From the NCBI GenBank assembly GCA_964547225.1, contig CAZJMV010000113.1, positions 2,543-66,542 on the forward strand: 64,000 nucleotides of DNA, in the 5' to 3' direction. The notes below the pieces were generated by a model. It was not told where the DNA came from and searched no databases. It saw only the letters and a list, made by a program, of their open reading frames with translations. This DNA comes from an uncultured Anaerolineaceae bacterium. GTDB lineage: Bacteria; Chloroflexota; Anaerolineae; Anaerolineales; UBA4823. Below are positions 49,189 to 57,970 of the stretch, piece after piece (the first letter of the stretch is position 1; every line of letters starts with the position of its first letter). The translations under genes and the position numbers were made by a program.

Positions 49189-50703
49189 TTATGCTTCAAT
49201 CCAATCGAGGGTGCGTTGGACAGCTTTTTGCCAGGAATTGAATTCTAGCTTTCTTTTTAAGGGCTCCATTTCCGGATTCCATGTTTTGTCAATATGCCAA
49301 TTCGCGCGTAAATCATCTTCATTCTCCCAAAAACCAACGGCTAATCCTGCTGCGTAAGCAGCGCCTAGGGCAGTAGTTTCTGAGATGCTTGGACGTACAA
49401 CGGGAACACCGAGGATATCTGCTTGGAATTGCATTAATAACTCATTATATACCATACCACCATCTACTTTTAATGAGGTAAGTTTAACCCCTGAGTCTTT
49501 CTCCATTGCGTCTAAGACCTCTCTTGTCTGGAATGCAGTTGCTTCAAGCGTTGCCCGCGCAATATGACCTTTATTGATATAACTGGTCAAACCTACTATA
49601 ACGCCGCGCGCATCGGATCTCCAATAAGGCGCAAAAAGACCAGAAAATGCTGGTACAAAGTAAATTCCTCCATTATCTTCTACAGATTTTGCGAGTTCTT
49701 CCACTTCGGGAGATTTTTCAATAAATTCCAAATTATCACGCAGCCATTGTACTAAAGCACCAGTAAATGCAATTGAGCCTTCTAGGGCGTAAATTGCTTC
49801 CTTTTTACCAAATTTATATCCTAAAGTTGTCAATAGACCACTCTCTGATTGAACGATCTCTTTACCCGTATTCAGTAGCATAAAACAACCTGTTCCATAG
49901 GTATTTTTTGCTTCGCCTGGTGTGAAACAAGTTTGCCCAACAAGTGCAGCTTGTTGATCACCAAGATCACCAGCCACAGGGATTTCTTCTTCAAAAGGTC
50001 CTGAAAGTTGTGTAACTCCCCAAGTATTGGGATCGCTCGAAGGTACAATTTTAGGAAGCATTTGCTTGGGGATGCCAAATATGGATAAGATTTCTTCATC
50101 CCAATCAAGTATATTTAGATTCATCAACATGGTCCTAGATGCATTAGTTACATCGGTGACATGGCTCCCGCTGTTTGGACCTCCCGTGAGCCACCAAATG
50201 ACCCAACTGTCGATATTTCCAAATATTGCATCGCCTTTCTGCGCTGCTTCACGAACGCCTTCCACATTATCCAAAACCCATTTTATTTTTGGTCCTGAAA
50301 AGTATGTTGCTAAAGGTAAGCCAGTTTTTTCTCGAAAACGATCTTGTCCCCCATTTGAAGATAACTGATCGCATATCTTTTTTGTGCGTGTATCTTGCCA
50401 AACAATCGCGTTGTAATATGGTTTTCCAGTATTTCGATCCCAAATTACAGTTGTTTCTCGTTGGTTTGTAATACCAATTGCTGCTATTTCGCCTTTTTGA
50501 ATGCTTGCCTTTTTTATTGAATCTTGGATAACCACTTGCGTACGCTCCCAAATTTCAAGAGGGTTGTGTTCAACCCAACCAGGTTGAGGTGTGATTTGTT
50601 TATGTTCTTTTTGAGCGATGCTTATAACACTTCCTTCATGATTGAATATCATACAACGTGTGCTTGTAGTACCTTGATCAATGGCAGCAACATATTTCAC
50701 CAT
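49189..50703 (-). CDS. glpK: Glycerol kinase
   Basis: [40 protein letters not shown] and VDGGMVYN. Start moved to ATG 50703, 8 nt after GGAG. Confidence 0.92.
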   Translation of the reverse strand: MVKYVAAIDQGTTSTRCMIFNHEGSVISIAQKEHKQITPQPGWVEHNPLEIWERTQVVIQDSIKKASIQKGEIAAIGITNQRETTVIWDRNTGKPYYNAIVWQDTRTKKICDQLSSNGGQDRFREKTGLPLATYFSGPKIKWVLDNVEGVREAAQKGDAIFGNIDSWVIWWLTGGPNSGSHVTDVTNASRTMLMNLNILDWDEEILSIFGIPKQMLPKIVPSSDPNTWGVTQLSGPFEEEIPVAGDLGDQQAALVGQTCFTPGEAKNTYGTGCFMLLNTGKEIVQSESGLLTTLGYKFGKKEAIYALEGSIAFTGALVQWLRDNLEFIEKSPEVEELAKSVEDNGGIYFVPAFSGLFAPYWRSDARGVIVGLTSYINKGHIARATLEATAFQTREVLDAMEKDSGVKLTSLKVDGGMVYNELLMQFQADILGVPVVRPSISETTALGAAYAAGLAVGFWENEDDLRANWHIDKTWNPEMEPLKRKLEFNSWQKAVQRTLDWIEA

Positions 50704-50830
50704 CAGAGTGTCTCCTTTCTTAAACATACTGGATATGATTTTGTATTCTATAATTATTAACTGATGTAGTATTAAAATCTTGATTGAAGATATTAAACCA
50801 TATAATTAATCATAAATTGTTTTAGTTTGT

Positions 50831-50858
50831 TAAAAATTACGAAATTATGGTTCGTAAT
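50831..50858 (-). terminator. Hairpin downstream of the esterase gene
   Basis: ATTACGAA (50836-50843) pairs with TTCGTAAT (50851-50858) across a 7-nt loop. There is a TTTT tract on the minus strand and T6 on the plus strand. The stem is AT-rich and weak. Confidence 0.4.
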
Positions 50859-50914
50859 CAGATTTTTTAATTAACGAATAACGATTGATGAAATACTTGA
50901 TTTGATTAATATTT

Positions 50915-51673
50915 CTAAATCGATGATAGAAAATCCAATGTAATCTGAGCTGCGAGGTGCATTTCTTTATCAATGATGACACAATGTTCCGTGTTCTCCA
51001 TCCAAACCACTTCTTTGATACTCGAATTTATTGTATTATAAATCATATTTGGAACGTCAGGATGGACTGTGGGATCCAGGCGACCTTGCATGATCAGTAT
51101 CGGCTGATTGATTTTTGGTAATCTTTGATAAACTTCAGATTGGAGAATGAGTAATTGTTCAGTACCTCGCAGTGGATATGAATAATACCCTTGCCATAGT
51201 TTATCCTCCCCGAGATCTTTTTTTTGGATACTCATTCTTAAACGCGCTAGAATCGGAACGAGCCATTGTTGGAATCTTGTCATATTGACCTTTAATGCAG
51301 GTGCATAAGTAAGTAATGCTTTGATTTCGGGGTAAACACTGGCTAAATATAACGTTAACAATCCTCCCATTGATTCACCCCCAACAATTACGTGGTCGTA
51401 TGAGTTATTTAATTCTTCATATTGGCTTCTAACAAAATTTACCCAATCTTGCCACTTGATCTGGTTGAGGTCTTCAGGTTTTGTATAGTGCCCTGGTAAA
51501 AGCGGTCCTGCTACGGTATAACCTTTTTCAAATAATACTTTTGCTAAAGGGCGCACCTCTGCAGTTGTAGCAGTGAAACCATGGATGAGCATGATTGCTG
51601 TCTTTCCCGCCTCCCAAAAGAAGGCGCTTCCGTCGAGATGTTCATTGTAAATCACTTGATTTGATGGTTGCAT
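50915..51673 (-). CDS. Alpha/beta hydrolase (Est30/YvaK-like carboxylesterase)
   Basis: LIHGFTATTAEVRPLAKVLFEKGYTVAGPLLPGH and the nucleophile elbow GGESMGG. 252 aa. Confidence 0.75.
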   Translation of the reverse strand: MQPSNQVIYNEHLDGSAFFWEAGKTAIMLIHGFTATTAEVRPLAKVLFEKGYTVAGPLLPGHYTKPEDLNQIKWQDWVNFVRSQYEELNNSYDHVIVGGESMGGLLTLYLASVYPEIKALLTYAPALKVNMTRFQQWLVPILARLRMSIQKKDLGEDKLWQGYYSYPLRGTEQLLILQSEVYQRLPKINQPILIMQGRLDPTVHPDVPNMIYNTINSSIKEVVWMENTEHCVIIDKEMHLAAQITLDFLSSI

Positions 51674-51831
51674 ATGATCACTCTTTACTTGTTTTGATTT
51701 ATTAGTTAGAAGATATTATAATTTAAATTATCGTCTTTATAATATTCATTTAATTTCCCCAAAAATCCATACTTCTTCAATCATCGCTTTTTCTTTCAAT
51801 TCACCGCTATGTTGTACAATCGATCTTAAAG

Positions 51832-52101
51832 TCAGGATTGTGTCTTCGCGCCCAAATATTGGAATTTCCGACCAGATTCACCATTATCAACAATTGTATC
51901 TTCTGGAGTTGTTTCTCCATAATCTGGTTTTATAACAGCTACGCCAATATCAAAAATGGTTTTATCGGTATCAAAATACCATTGGTATACATCAGGATTC
52001 GTAAGATCAATAATTTCGCTAGTTATGAGATGGGGAATATCATATGCAAAGGGATAGGGGAACCATTTGCGGATATAGGGTTTGACTTTTTTAATATGCA
52101 T
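51832..52101 (-). CDS. Hypothetical protein (89 aa)
   Basis: ORF track. Preferred over the mirrored plus-strand ORF (51838-52104) because it has a balanced, acidic composition and is co-oriented with its neighbours. No family recognised. Confidence 0.35.
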   Translation of the reverse strand: MHIKKVKPYIRKWFPYPFAYDIPHLITSEIIDLTNPDVYQWYFDTDKTIFDIGVAVIKPDYGETTPEDTIVDNGESGRKFQYLGAKTQS

Positions 52102-52145
52102 TAAAATACTTGTCTAGTATTTTCCCTCAAAAGTTATTGAATATC

Positions 52146-53384
52146 TTACGGTCGATAGATTTCAGGATGATACCAATATGCTGCATTTTGCTCTGGATTA
52201 CCATTCCCGATTACCGCGAGGGTGAAAGAGATAAATTTTTCTCCTAATGAACTTAGATCGATATCTAACTTCTGTGGGGATCCATCTAGGATTTGGTGCC
52301 ATTGTCCGATTAATTGTTTTTCTTGATCGCCTTCTTTGAAATATAACTTGAAAGTGACATCACATTTTGGATACCCGTTTAGACATCCGATTTCAGCGTG
52401 AAATTGATCACCCGATTGGATATATATCGCAGGAAATTTTCCTTTTATGGTTGATCCTTTATTCAGTGGAGGGTGGGTCCAGAGAGCTGAGTCACTCACT
52501 TTTCCATTCTCTAAGATTGGTTGTTTATATTTCACAACAAATCCATATTTGCTACCAACAATTCCAGGACATGGAAGTGATTTATTATCACCAGTCCATT
52601 CTGCAGAACAATAACCATTTTGTAAGTTAGCAATAACACCTCGTGTATTAGCTTCGACGCTTATGTCTACAATAAATGGATTATCATGTTGATTTCCATA
52701 CCCGAAAATATAACCGACTTCATCCTCTATATACCAATAACCTGTATAGTCTCCATCAGAGCTAGGGGATGTCATATCAATCTCGATATCAATGTTTTCA
52801 CCTGGATATACTTTCTTTGATAAAAAGATATTTGAGCTTGAAAATTTTTCACCATCGTAAAAGATAAATTTATAATTTTTTGTCCAAACGCAAGAGCCAA
52901 CATTTTTAATTTTCCACACTTTGGTGAAATTTATGGAAGGTGGAAGTATTGTCCCATTTGGAATACTCACATGTTCGATAAAAGCTGCTGCATTACAAGG
53001 TGGTGGTACAACAGTATATCCACCTCCTCCACCACCTCCTCCACCCGGGTTCGTAATTGTCGGAAAGATCGAAGTCGGTGTAAATGTTGGGTTAGGTGTA
53101 CTAGTTGGTCTAGCCGTGATTGGGGTGATAGGAGTATAAGTTATCGTTGATGTGTTTGTGATTTTTAGGGGAGTATAAGATGGTGTGATCGTATTTGTCG
53201 ATGTTGCTGAGGTTGAAGTGTGGGTTGGCATGTTAGCTGCGTCGGTTTCTATAGCCGCCCATGTCATTGCTGCCAAGGTTTCTGGAGGAATATTGACATC
53301 CGAAGTTGAAGTCAAATTGCACGAAAGCGATAAAATTAATAACAGCAAAATGATTGCAGATATTTCTTGATGATTCTTGTTCAT
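52146..53384 (-). CDS. Secreted/lipoprotein-like protein: signal, Pro/Thr linker, Gly9, NBR1/FW-type Ig-like domain, Cys-containing C-terminal domain
   Basis: AIILLLLILSLSC, then PT-rich sequence and GGGGGGGGG. The Ig-like part is CNAAAFIEHVSIPNGTILPPSINFTKVWKIKNVGSCVWTKNYKFIFYDGEKF, with the W-x-x-x-N-x-G-x-C-x-W pattern of the NBR1-like Ig domain. Confidence 0.6.
   Translation of the reverse strand: MNKNHQEISAIILLLLILSLSCNLTSTSDVNIPPETLAAMTWAAIETDAANMPTHTSTSATSTNTITPSYTPLKITNTSTITYTPITPITARPTSTPNPTFTPTSIFPTITNPGGGGGGGGGYTVVPPPCNAAAFIEHVSIPNGTILPPSINFTKVWKIKNVGSCVWTKNYKFIFYDGEKFSSSNIFLSKKVYPGENIDIEIDMTSPSSDGDYTGYWYIEDEVGYIFGYGNQHDNPFIVDISVEANTRGVIANLQNGYCSAEWTGDNKSLPCPGIVGSKYGFVVKYKQPILENGKVSDSALWTHPPLNKGSTIKGKFPAIYIQSGDQFHAEIGCLNGYPKCDVTFKLYFKEGDQEKQLIGQWHQILDGSPQKLDIDLSSLGEKFISFTLAVIGNGNPEQNAAYWYHPEIYRP
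53019..53045 (-). repeat. In-frame (GGN)9 tract encoding Gly9
   Basis: The plus strand reads TCC ACC TCC TCC ACC ACC TCC TCC ACC, which gives nine consecutive Gly codons on the minus strand. Confidence 0.9.
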
Positions 53385-53426
53385 ACCAACATTTACTCCA
53401 TATAATAATAACTACTATAAGTATAG

Positions 53427-53463
53427 ACAAAAAAAACCTCGACTGCAAGCATTCGTCGAGGTT
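53427..53463 (-). terminator. Rho-independent terminator after the 231-aa NBR1-like gene
   Basis: On the minus strand: AACCTCGAC, an 11-nt loop, GTCGAGGTT, then a T-run (plus-strand A8 at 53429-53436). Confidence 0.65.
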
Positions 53464-53504
53464 CAGTTTCCTGATTAAACTAATCAGTTATCTTTACAAT
53501 GAGG

Positions 53505-54200
53505 TCAGGTTGGTGGAGGATCAGGATCGTATAATTCAGTGTATTGATTGACGATGAGGTTAATGATTAATGGTTCATCTGAATTAGTTCCTAATCCAAA
53601 TTGTTTACCTTGTGTGTCTTGAAAGAGCCATTTGCTAAAATAATCATCGGGTACGATTGGAGCAAATCCGTCTATGCGTAAGTCGATCACATCTCCGGGC
53701 TTAACCTCGATGGGTATCGCAATTCGTTCAGGGCTACCCATCGGATCCCCTTCGATCAATATCAATTGGTAACTGGTAGACCAAGTACAAGTGCCCGAAT
53801 TTTTTATCCTCCAAATTCTTGCAAATGCTTCTCCCGTTTTTAATTGTGTATATTCTCCAAGATTTAGAATTTTCATAAATTCAGCTTGGTTAGTACATGA
53901 TGGAGTAGGCGTATCCTTTTCTTCAATTGGGGTTTGACTAGCAGCCAAATTGGTAGACCCTTCTTGATTGTTTTCGATCGCGGTCGCAGTGGGAGCTAGG
54001 GTGGGTGTAAGAGATGGATAGATTATTGTTACGGTAGGTGTATATATATCTAATTCTAATATCTGAAATGATTGTGCAGTAGTTTCATTGTGATCTTTTT
54101 GTAAATTTGGTTCTACAGTTGCCTGAGGAGTATTAGTAGAGCAGCTACTAATCGCAATAATTAAAATGGCTAATAATAAAACTTTATGAAAACCAGACAT
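53505..54200 (-). CDS. Lipoprotein-like NBR1/FW-type Ig-domain protein
   Basis: Lipobox-like AISSC, a PT-rich linker, then CTNQAEFMKILNLGEYTQLKTGEAFARIWRIKNSGTCTWSTSYQLILIEGDPMG. Confidence 0.6.
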   Translation of the reverse strand: MSGFHKVLLLAILIIAISSCSTNTPQATVEPNLQKDHNETTAQSFQILELDIYTPTVTIIYPSLTPTLAPTATAIENNQEGSTNLAASQTPIEEKDTPTPSCTNQAEFMKILNLGEYTQLKTGEAFARIWRIKNSGTCTWSTSYQLILIEGDPMGSPERIAIPIEVKPGDVIDLRIDGFAPIVPDDYFSKWLFQDTQGKQFGLGTNSDEPLIINLIVNQYTELYDPDPPPT

Positions 54201-54290
54201 TCCACAAGATCTCCTAAATTAGATTATTTTAAATCCAACAGGAGTTATTGTATACCAAATTCAAGAATTTTGTGAATATTTTCATTAATT

Positions 54291-54307
54291 CTAGCGATAC
54301 ACGCTAG
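54291..54307 (-). terminator. Short hairpin after the 243-aa NBR1-like gene
   Basis: CTAGCG, ATACA loop, CGCTAG, 14 nt downstream of the stop at 54321. No U-run follows. Confidence 0.25.
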
Positions 54308-54320
54308 ATGTTTATCTCCC

Positions 54321-55052
54321 TCAACCTTTCGGACCACATCCCCCCTTCGCCTGCTCAATATAATCACTTTTCCCTTTTTCTGTTTTTACATCGATAGCCA
54401 CCCAAAACGGATTGCTAGCTTCAAAACCAGTTCCAAAGGAATTTCCATCAGATGTAATAAAAATCCAATTACCTTTATATGCACTTGAAGAATAGGGAGC
54501 TGTTAGATTAATTGAAATATCGACTTGTTCTCCAGGTAAGACCAACTGTCCAATCGGAGTGGGGGATTCACCTCCCATTTGTTCCCCGGACAAAAAAACA
54601 ATTGCATAATCAGCTGTCCATGGGCAGGTACCATTATTCTCAAATCGCCAAGTTTTAACAAACGTTTCTCTTGGTTTGATCATGGAATAATCAGGAATGG
54701 TAATATCCTGAATGAATTTCGCAGAATTCTTACAGAGGTCTTCCGTTGGGATGGGAGTCAATGAGGAAATCGGGATATTATTTCCTTGAGATTGTTCAAC
54801 GATATCAGATGATTGTGAATCTTGTTCTTGCATGACAGGAGTTGTTGTTGGGATTGTGGTCGGTGTTGCTGAAATCAAGATATGCATAAGTTCTGGACGT
54901 GCGACCATTGTCTGGACAGCTAAGGTAATTTCCAGTCCTGGGATTGAGACTTGATTTTTTAAAGGCTCATTTTTTGAGACACAAGAACTAAAGAAGATTG
55001 TAATAATTAATAATAAGACGATAAGGCTTATTCGTACTTTTTTGGGTACCAT
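54321..55052 (-). CDS. Lipoprotein-like NBR1/FW-type Ig-domain protein
   Basis: Start moved to ATG 55052 (MVPKKVRISL), 6 nt after GGAG. It has FFSSC, a linker, then CKNSAKFIQDITIPDYSMIKPRETFVKTWRFENNGTCPWTADYAIVFLSGEQMGG. Confidence 0.6.
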   Translation of the reverse strand: MVPKKVRISLIVLLLIITIFFSSCVSKNEPLKNQVSIPGLEITLAVQTMVARPELMHILISATPTTIPTTTPVMQEQDSQSSDIVEQSQGNNIPISSLTPIPTEDLCKNSAKFIQDITIPDYSMIKPRETFVKTWRFENNGTCPWTADYAIVFLSGEQMGGESPTPIGQLVLPGEQVDISINLTAPYSSSAYKGNWIFITSDGNSFGTGFEASNPFWVAIDVKTEKGKSDYIEQAKGGCGPKG

Positions 55053-55156
55053 AAATTTCTCCTTACCATGAATGCTGTACCTATTAATATCGAAAAAATC
55101 CTTACCGTCTTTTGTGCATTTTATATGCCAGAAATTCAATGAAAAAGTTCTTTTTT

Positions 55157-57937
55157 TTATACGAGCTCTATTTTAACAGCACATACTTTATATTCAGGGA
55201 TTTTTGCTATTGGATCTAGCGCTGCGATGGTTAATTCGTTTGCAGAGGCACTCGGGAAATGGAAATTCGCAAAAATCATTCCTTCCGGTACTCTATCCGT
55301 TACCCATACTTTAGATTCAATTTGACCACGACGAGAGGTGATACGCACTCGGTCTTTTCCATTGATACCAATATCATTGGCATCGATTGGATTAATTTCT
55401 ACTAAAGGTTCATCATATATTTCTGATAACCCTCTTGAACGTCGTGTCATTTCACCACCGTGCCAGTGATATAGAACTCGTCCAGTACTAAGCAGAATTG
55501 GATATTCTTCATCTGGTAGCTCTGCTGGAGGCACGTGATCGATGGCAAAGAATTTTCCTAAGCCTCTGGCAAATTTCCCAACATGTAGTATTGGAGTTCC
55601 TGGATCATCTTTTGATTTTACTGGCCACTGTAAACGTTCACCAGCAATTAATCGTTCATGATTTATGCCAGCATAGCTTGGTGTTAAACTTGCCATTTCA
55701 TCCATGATTTGTGATGTATTTTCATAATCCCAAGCTAAGAAAGGAGCCTCAGAGAATTTTCGTTTTCCCTTCGACATGATCCGCTTGGCTAACTCGGTAG
55801 TGATCTGCCAATCTGGTTTGGCTTCTCCTAGCGGTTCTATAGCTTTGTTGACCATTTGTACGCGTCTTTCTGTATTAGTAATAGTGCCATTTTTTTCTGC
55901 AAATGAAACCCCTGGTAATAGGATATCGGCGTAATGGGATGTTTCGGAAGGGAATATCTCTTGTAAAATGATCAGATCACATTCGTTTAGACATTCACGG
56001 ATATGCGAACTATCCGGATCACTCATCACTGGATTTTCCGCCATTATATATAGAGCTTTGATCTTGTCTTCTTTTATTGATGGGATCATTGTTGTAACGG
56101 TCAGCCCGAGTTTGTCCGACATAGGAGCTCCCCATGCCTGTTCGAATTTTACTTGAAATTCTTTTTGAGTTACTTTCTGATAACCTGGGTACACATCTGG
56201 TAGTCCTCCCAAGTCGCATGCACCTTGGACATTATTCTGTCCTCTTAGAGGATTGACCCCTCCTCCGGGGATACCCATATTCCCGAGTAACATTTGTAGA
56301 TTTGCCAGACTCATTACGTTTCGGACGCCAACAATATGTTGAGTAATACCCATTGCCCATATCACAGCCATCGGTCTATTGGTAGCTAATATTTCTGCAG
56401 CTTCGAAAAGAGTAGGAATTGGGACTCCAGTAATATCCGAAACGATTTCTGGGGAATATTTATCCACAGTCTCTTTGAATTCATCGAAACCCTCTGTTCT
56501 AGAAGCGATAAATTCTTTATCTTCCCATTCATTATCTAAGATGATTTTCATCAGTCCATTTATTAATGGAATATCTGTACCTGAACGATGTCGAATATGT
56601 AGTGTAGCAAATTCTGTGATATCAATTTTTCGGGGATCGGCGACAACCAACTTTACTCCTCGTTTACGGACCGCTTGTCGTATTTTTGTTCCAAACACCG
56701 GGTGTTGTTCGGTAGTGTTAGAGCCGATGATCAACATTGCTTTGGCATATTCGACAATATCATCCATTGAGTTTGACATAGCGCCAGAACCATATGATTC
56801 AGCTAGACCGGCTACGGTGCTGGCGTGACAAAGACGAGCACAATGATCGATACTATTCGTCCCAATAACTTGTCTGGCAAACTTATTCATTAAGTAATTT
56901 TCTTCATTTGTGCATTTTGCAGAGGTCAAGATACCTATGCTATCGGAACCGTATTTGTCCCTTGTATCTCTCAGTTTATTTGCTGCGATATCTAAAGCGG
57001 TATCCCAATCGACTTCAACCCATTCCCCTCGGCTATCACCTTCTCTAGCACCGACTTTTGGTCGAGGCTTACCTTCTAATAAATATTTCCTCACGAGAGG
57101 ATGTTCTAACCTTTCTGGATGATGGATAAAGTCATATCCATAACGCCCTTTCACACATAATGCCATTCCATTGACGGGCGCTTCTGGATTTGAGGTTACT
57201 CCTACAACTTTACCATCTTTAACATTCAGATCGAATTGACAACCAACACCACAATAATTACAGGTTGTAGTCACTTTAGTGATTTGGTGAGGTCGCCCCA
57301 TACCTTGAGACATTCGATTAGTTAATGCGCCTGTTGGACAATAGGCAACACACTGACCACATGATTCACAACGAGCATCGAGCAGGGTCGTTCCAGCGCC
57401 AGCCACGATTTCCTCCTCGAAGCCTCGGAATGCGATTCCCCAAACAAACCTGCCTTGTATTTCCTCACAAGCTTGAATACAGCGACGGCATAATATACAT
57501 TTGTTCTTATCTACGACAATAAATGGATTTGGATCGCTATCGACTTCATAACGGGTTCCTTGGCTTCCCCAACTTGGTACTTCGACTTTGTAGTCGTATG
57601 CTAGATCCTGAAGTTCACATGAACCATTCGCTTCGCAAGTTAGACAGTCTTGAGGATGATTAGCTAACATCAATTCGAGAGTCTGTTTTCGAGATTGTCT
57701 TACATGTTCATTGTCTGTCCATATCTTCATTCCATCCCAGACATTTGTCACACAAGCTGCTTGTAATGTTTGTGAACCTTCAACTTCGACAACGCAAATA
57801 CGACAATTTCCGGTCGGAGTTAGGTCTTTGTGATAACAGAGAGTTGGAATATTCATGCCATTTTCTCTCGCAGCTGTAAGGATGGTCTGGTTTTCATCAG
57901 CTTTCAACTCTTTATCGTTAATATATATCGTGATCAT
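55157..57937 (-). CDS. fdhA: Formate dehydrogenase alpha subunit (NuoG-like N-terminus plus molybdopterin domain), Cys-type
   Basis: 2Fe-2S CYHKDLTPTGNCRICVVEV, 4Fe-4S motifs, CNYCGVGC, and the active-site region IDHCARLCHASTVAGL, where the Cys codon TGT lies at 56828-56830. Confidence 0.9.
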   Translation of the reverse strand: MITIYINDKELKADENQTILTAARENGMNIPTLCYHKDLTPTGNCRICVVEVEGSQTLQAACVTNVWDGMKIWTDNEHVRQSRKQTLELMLANHPQDCLTCEANGSCELQDLAYDYKVEVPSWGSQGTRYEVDSDPNPFIVVDKNKCILCRRCIQACEEIQGRFVWGIAFRGFEEEIVAGAGTTLLDARCESCGQCVAYCPTGALTNRMSQGMGRPHQITKVTTTCNYCGVGCQFDLNVKDGKVVGVTSNPEAPVNGMALCVKGRYGYDFIHHPERLEHPLVRKYLLEGKPRPKVGAREGDSRGEWVEVDWDTALDIAANKLRDTRDKYGSDSIGILTSAKCTNEENYLMNKFARQVIGTNSIDHCARLCHASTVAGLAESYGSGAMSNSMDDIVEYAKAMLIIGSNTTEQHPVFGTKIRQAVRKRGVKLVVADPRKIDITEFATLHIRHRSGTDIPLINGLMKIILDNEWEDKEFIASRTEGFDEFKETVDKYSPEIVSDITGVPIPTLFEAAEILATNRPMAVIWAMGITQHIVGVRNVMSLANLQMLLGNMGIPGGGVNPLRGQNNVQGACDLGGLPDVYPGYQKVTQKEFQVKFEQAWGAPMSDKLGLTVTTMIPSIKEDKIKALYIMAENPVMSDPDSSHIRECLNECDLIILQEIFPSETSHYADILLPGVSFAEKNGTITNTERRVQMVNKAIEPLGEAKPDWQITTELAKRIMSKGKRKFSEAPFLAWDYENTSQIMDEMASLTPSYAGINHERLIAGERLQWPVKSKDDPGTPILHVGKFARGLGKFFAIDHVPPAELPDEEYPILLSTGRVLYHWHGGEMTRRSRGLSEIYDEPLVEINPIDANDIGINGKDRVRITSRRGQIESKVWVTDRVPEGMIFANFHFPSASANELTIAALDPIAKIPEYKVCAVKIELV

Positions 57938-57970
57938 AATACTGTCTCCAAGCTCTAAGTAATAAAGCGA

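Noticed and set aside
51838-52104. Plus-strand 88-aa ORF mirrored on the 89-aa minus-strand ORF.
   Set aside because: It has an Ile/Phe/Asn/Cys-rich translation typical of antisense reading of AT-rich coding DNA and a TTG start without an RBS. It is also oriented against every neighbouring gene.
53019-53045. Gly9-coding tract as a slipped-strand phase-variation (contingency) locus.
   Set aside because: The repeat unit is a trinucleotide, so slippage would be in frame. The codons also alternate (TCC/ACC on the plus strand), so it is not a perfect microsatellite.
56828-56830. Possible selenocysteine (in-frame TGA) at the formate dehydrogenase active site.
   Set aside because: The codon at the expected position (…DHCARL-C-HAS…) is TGT (Cys). 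The ORF has no internal TGA, so this is a Cys-type enzyme and no SECIS element is needed.
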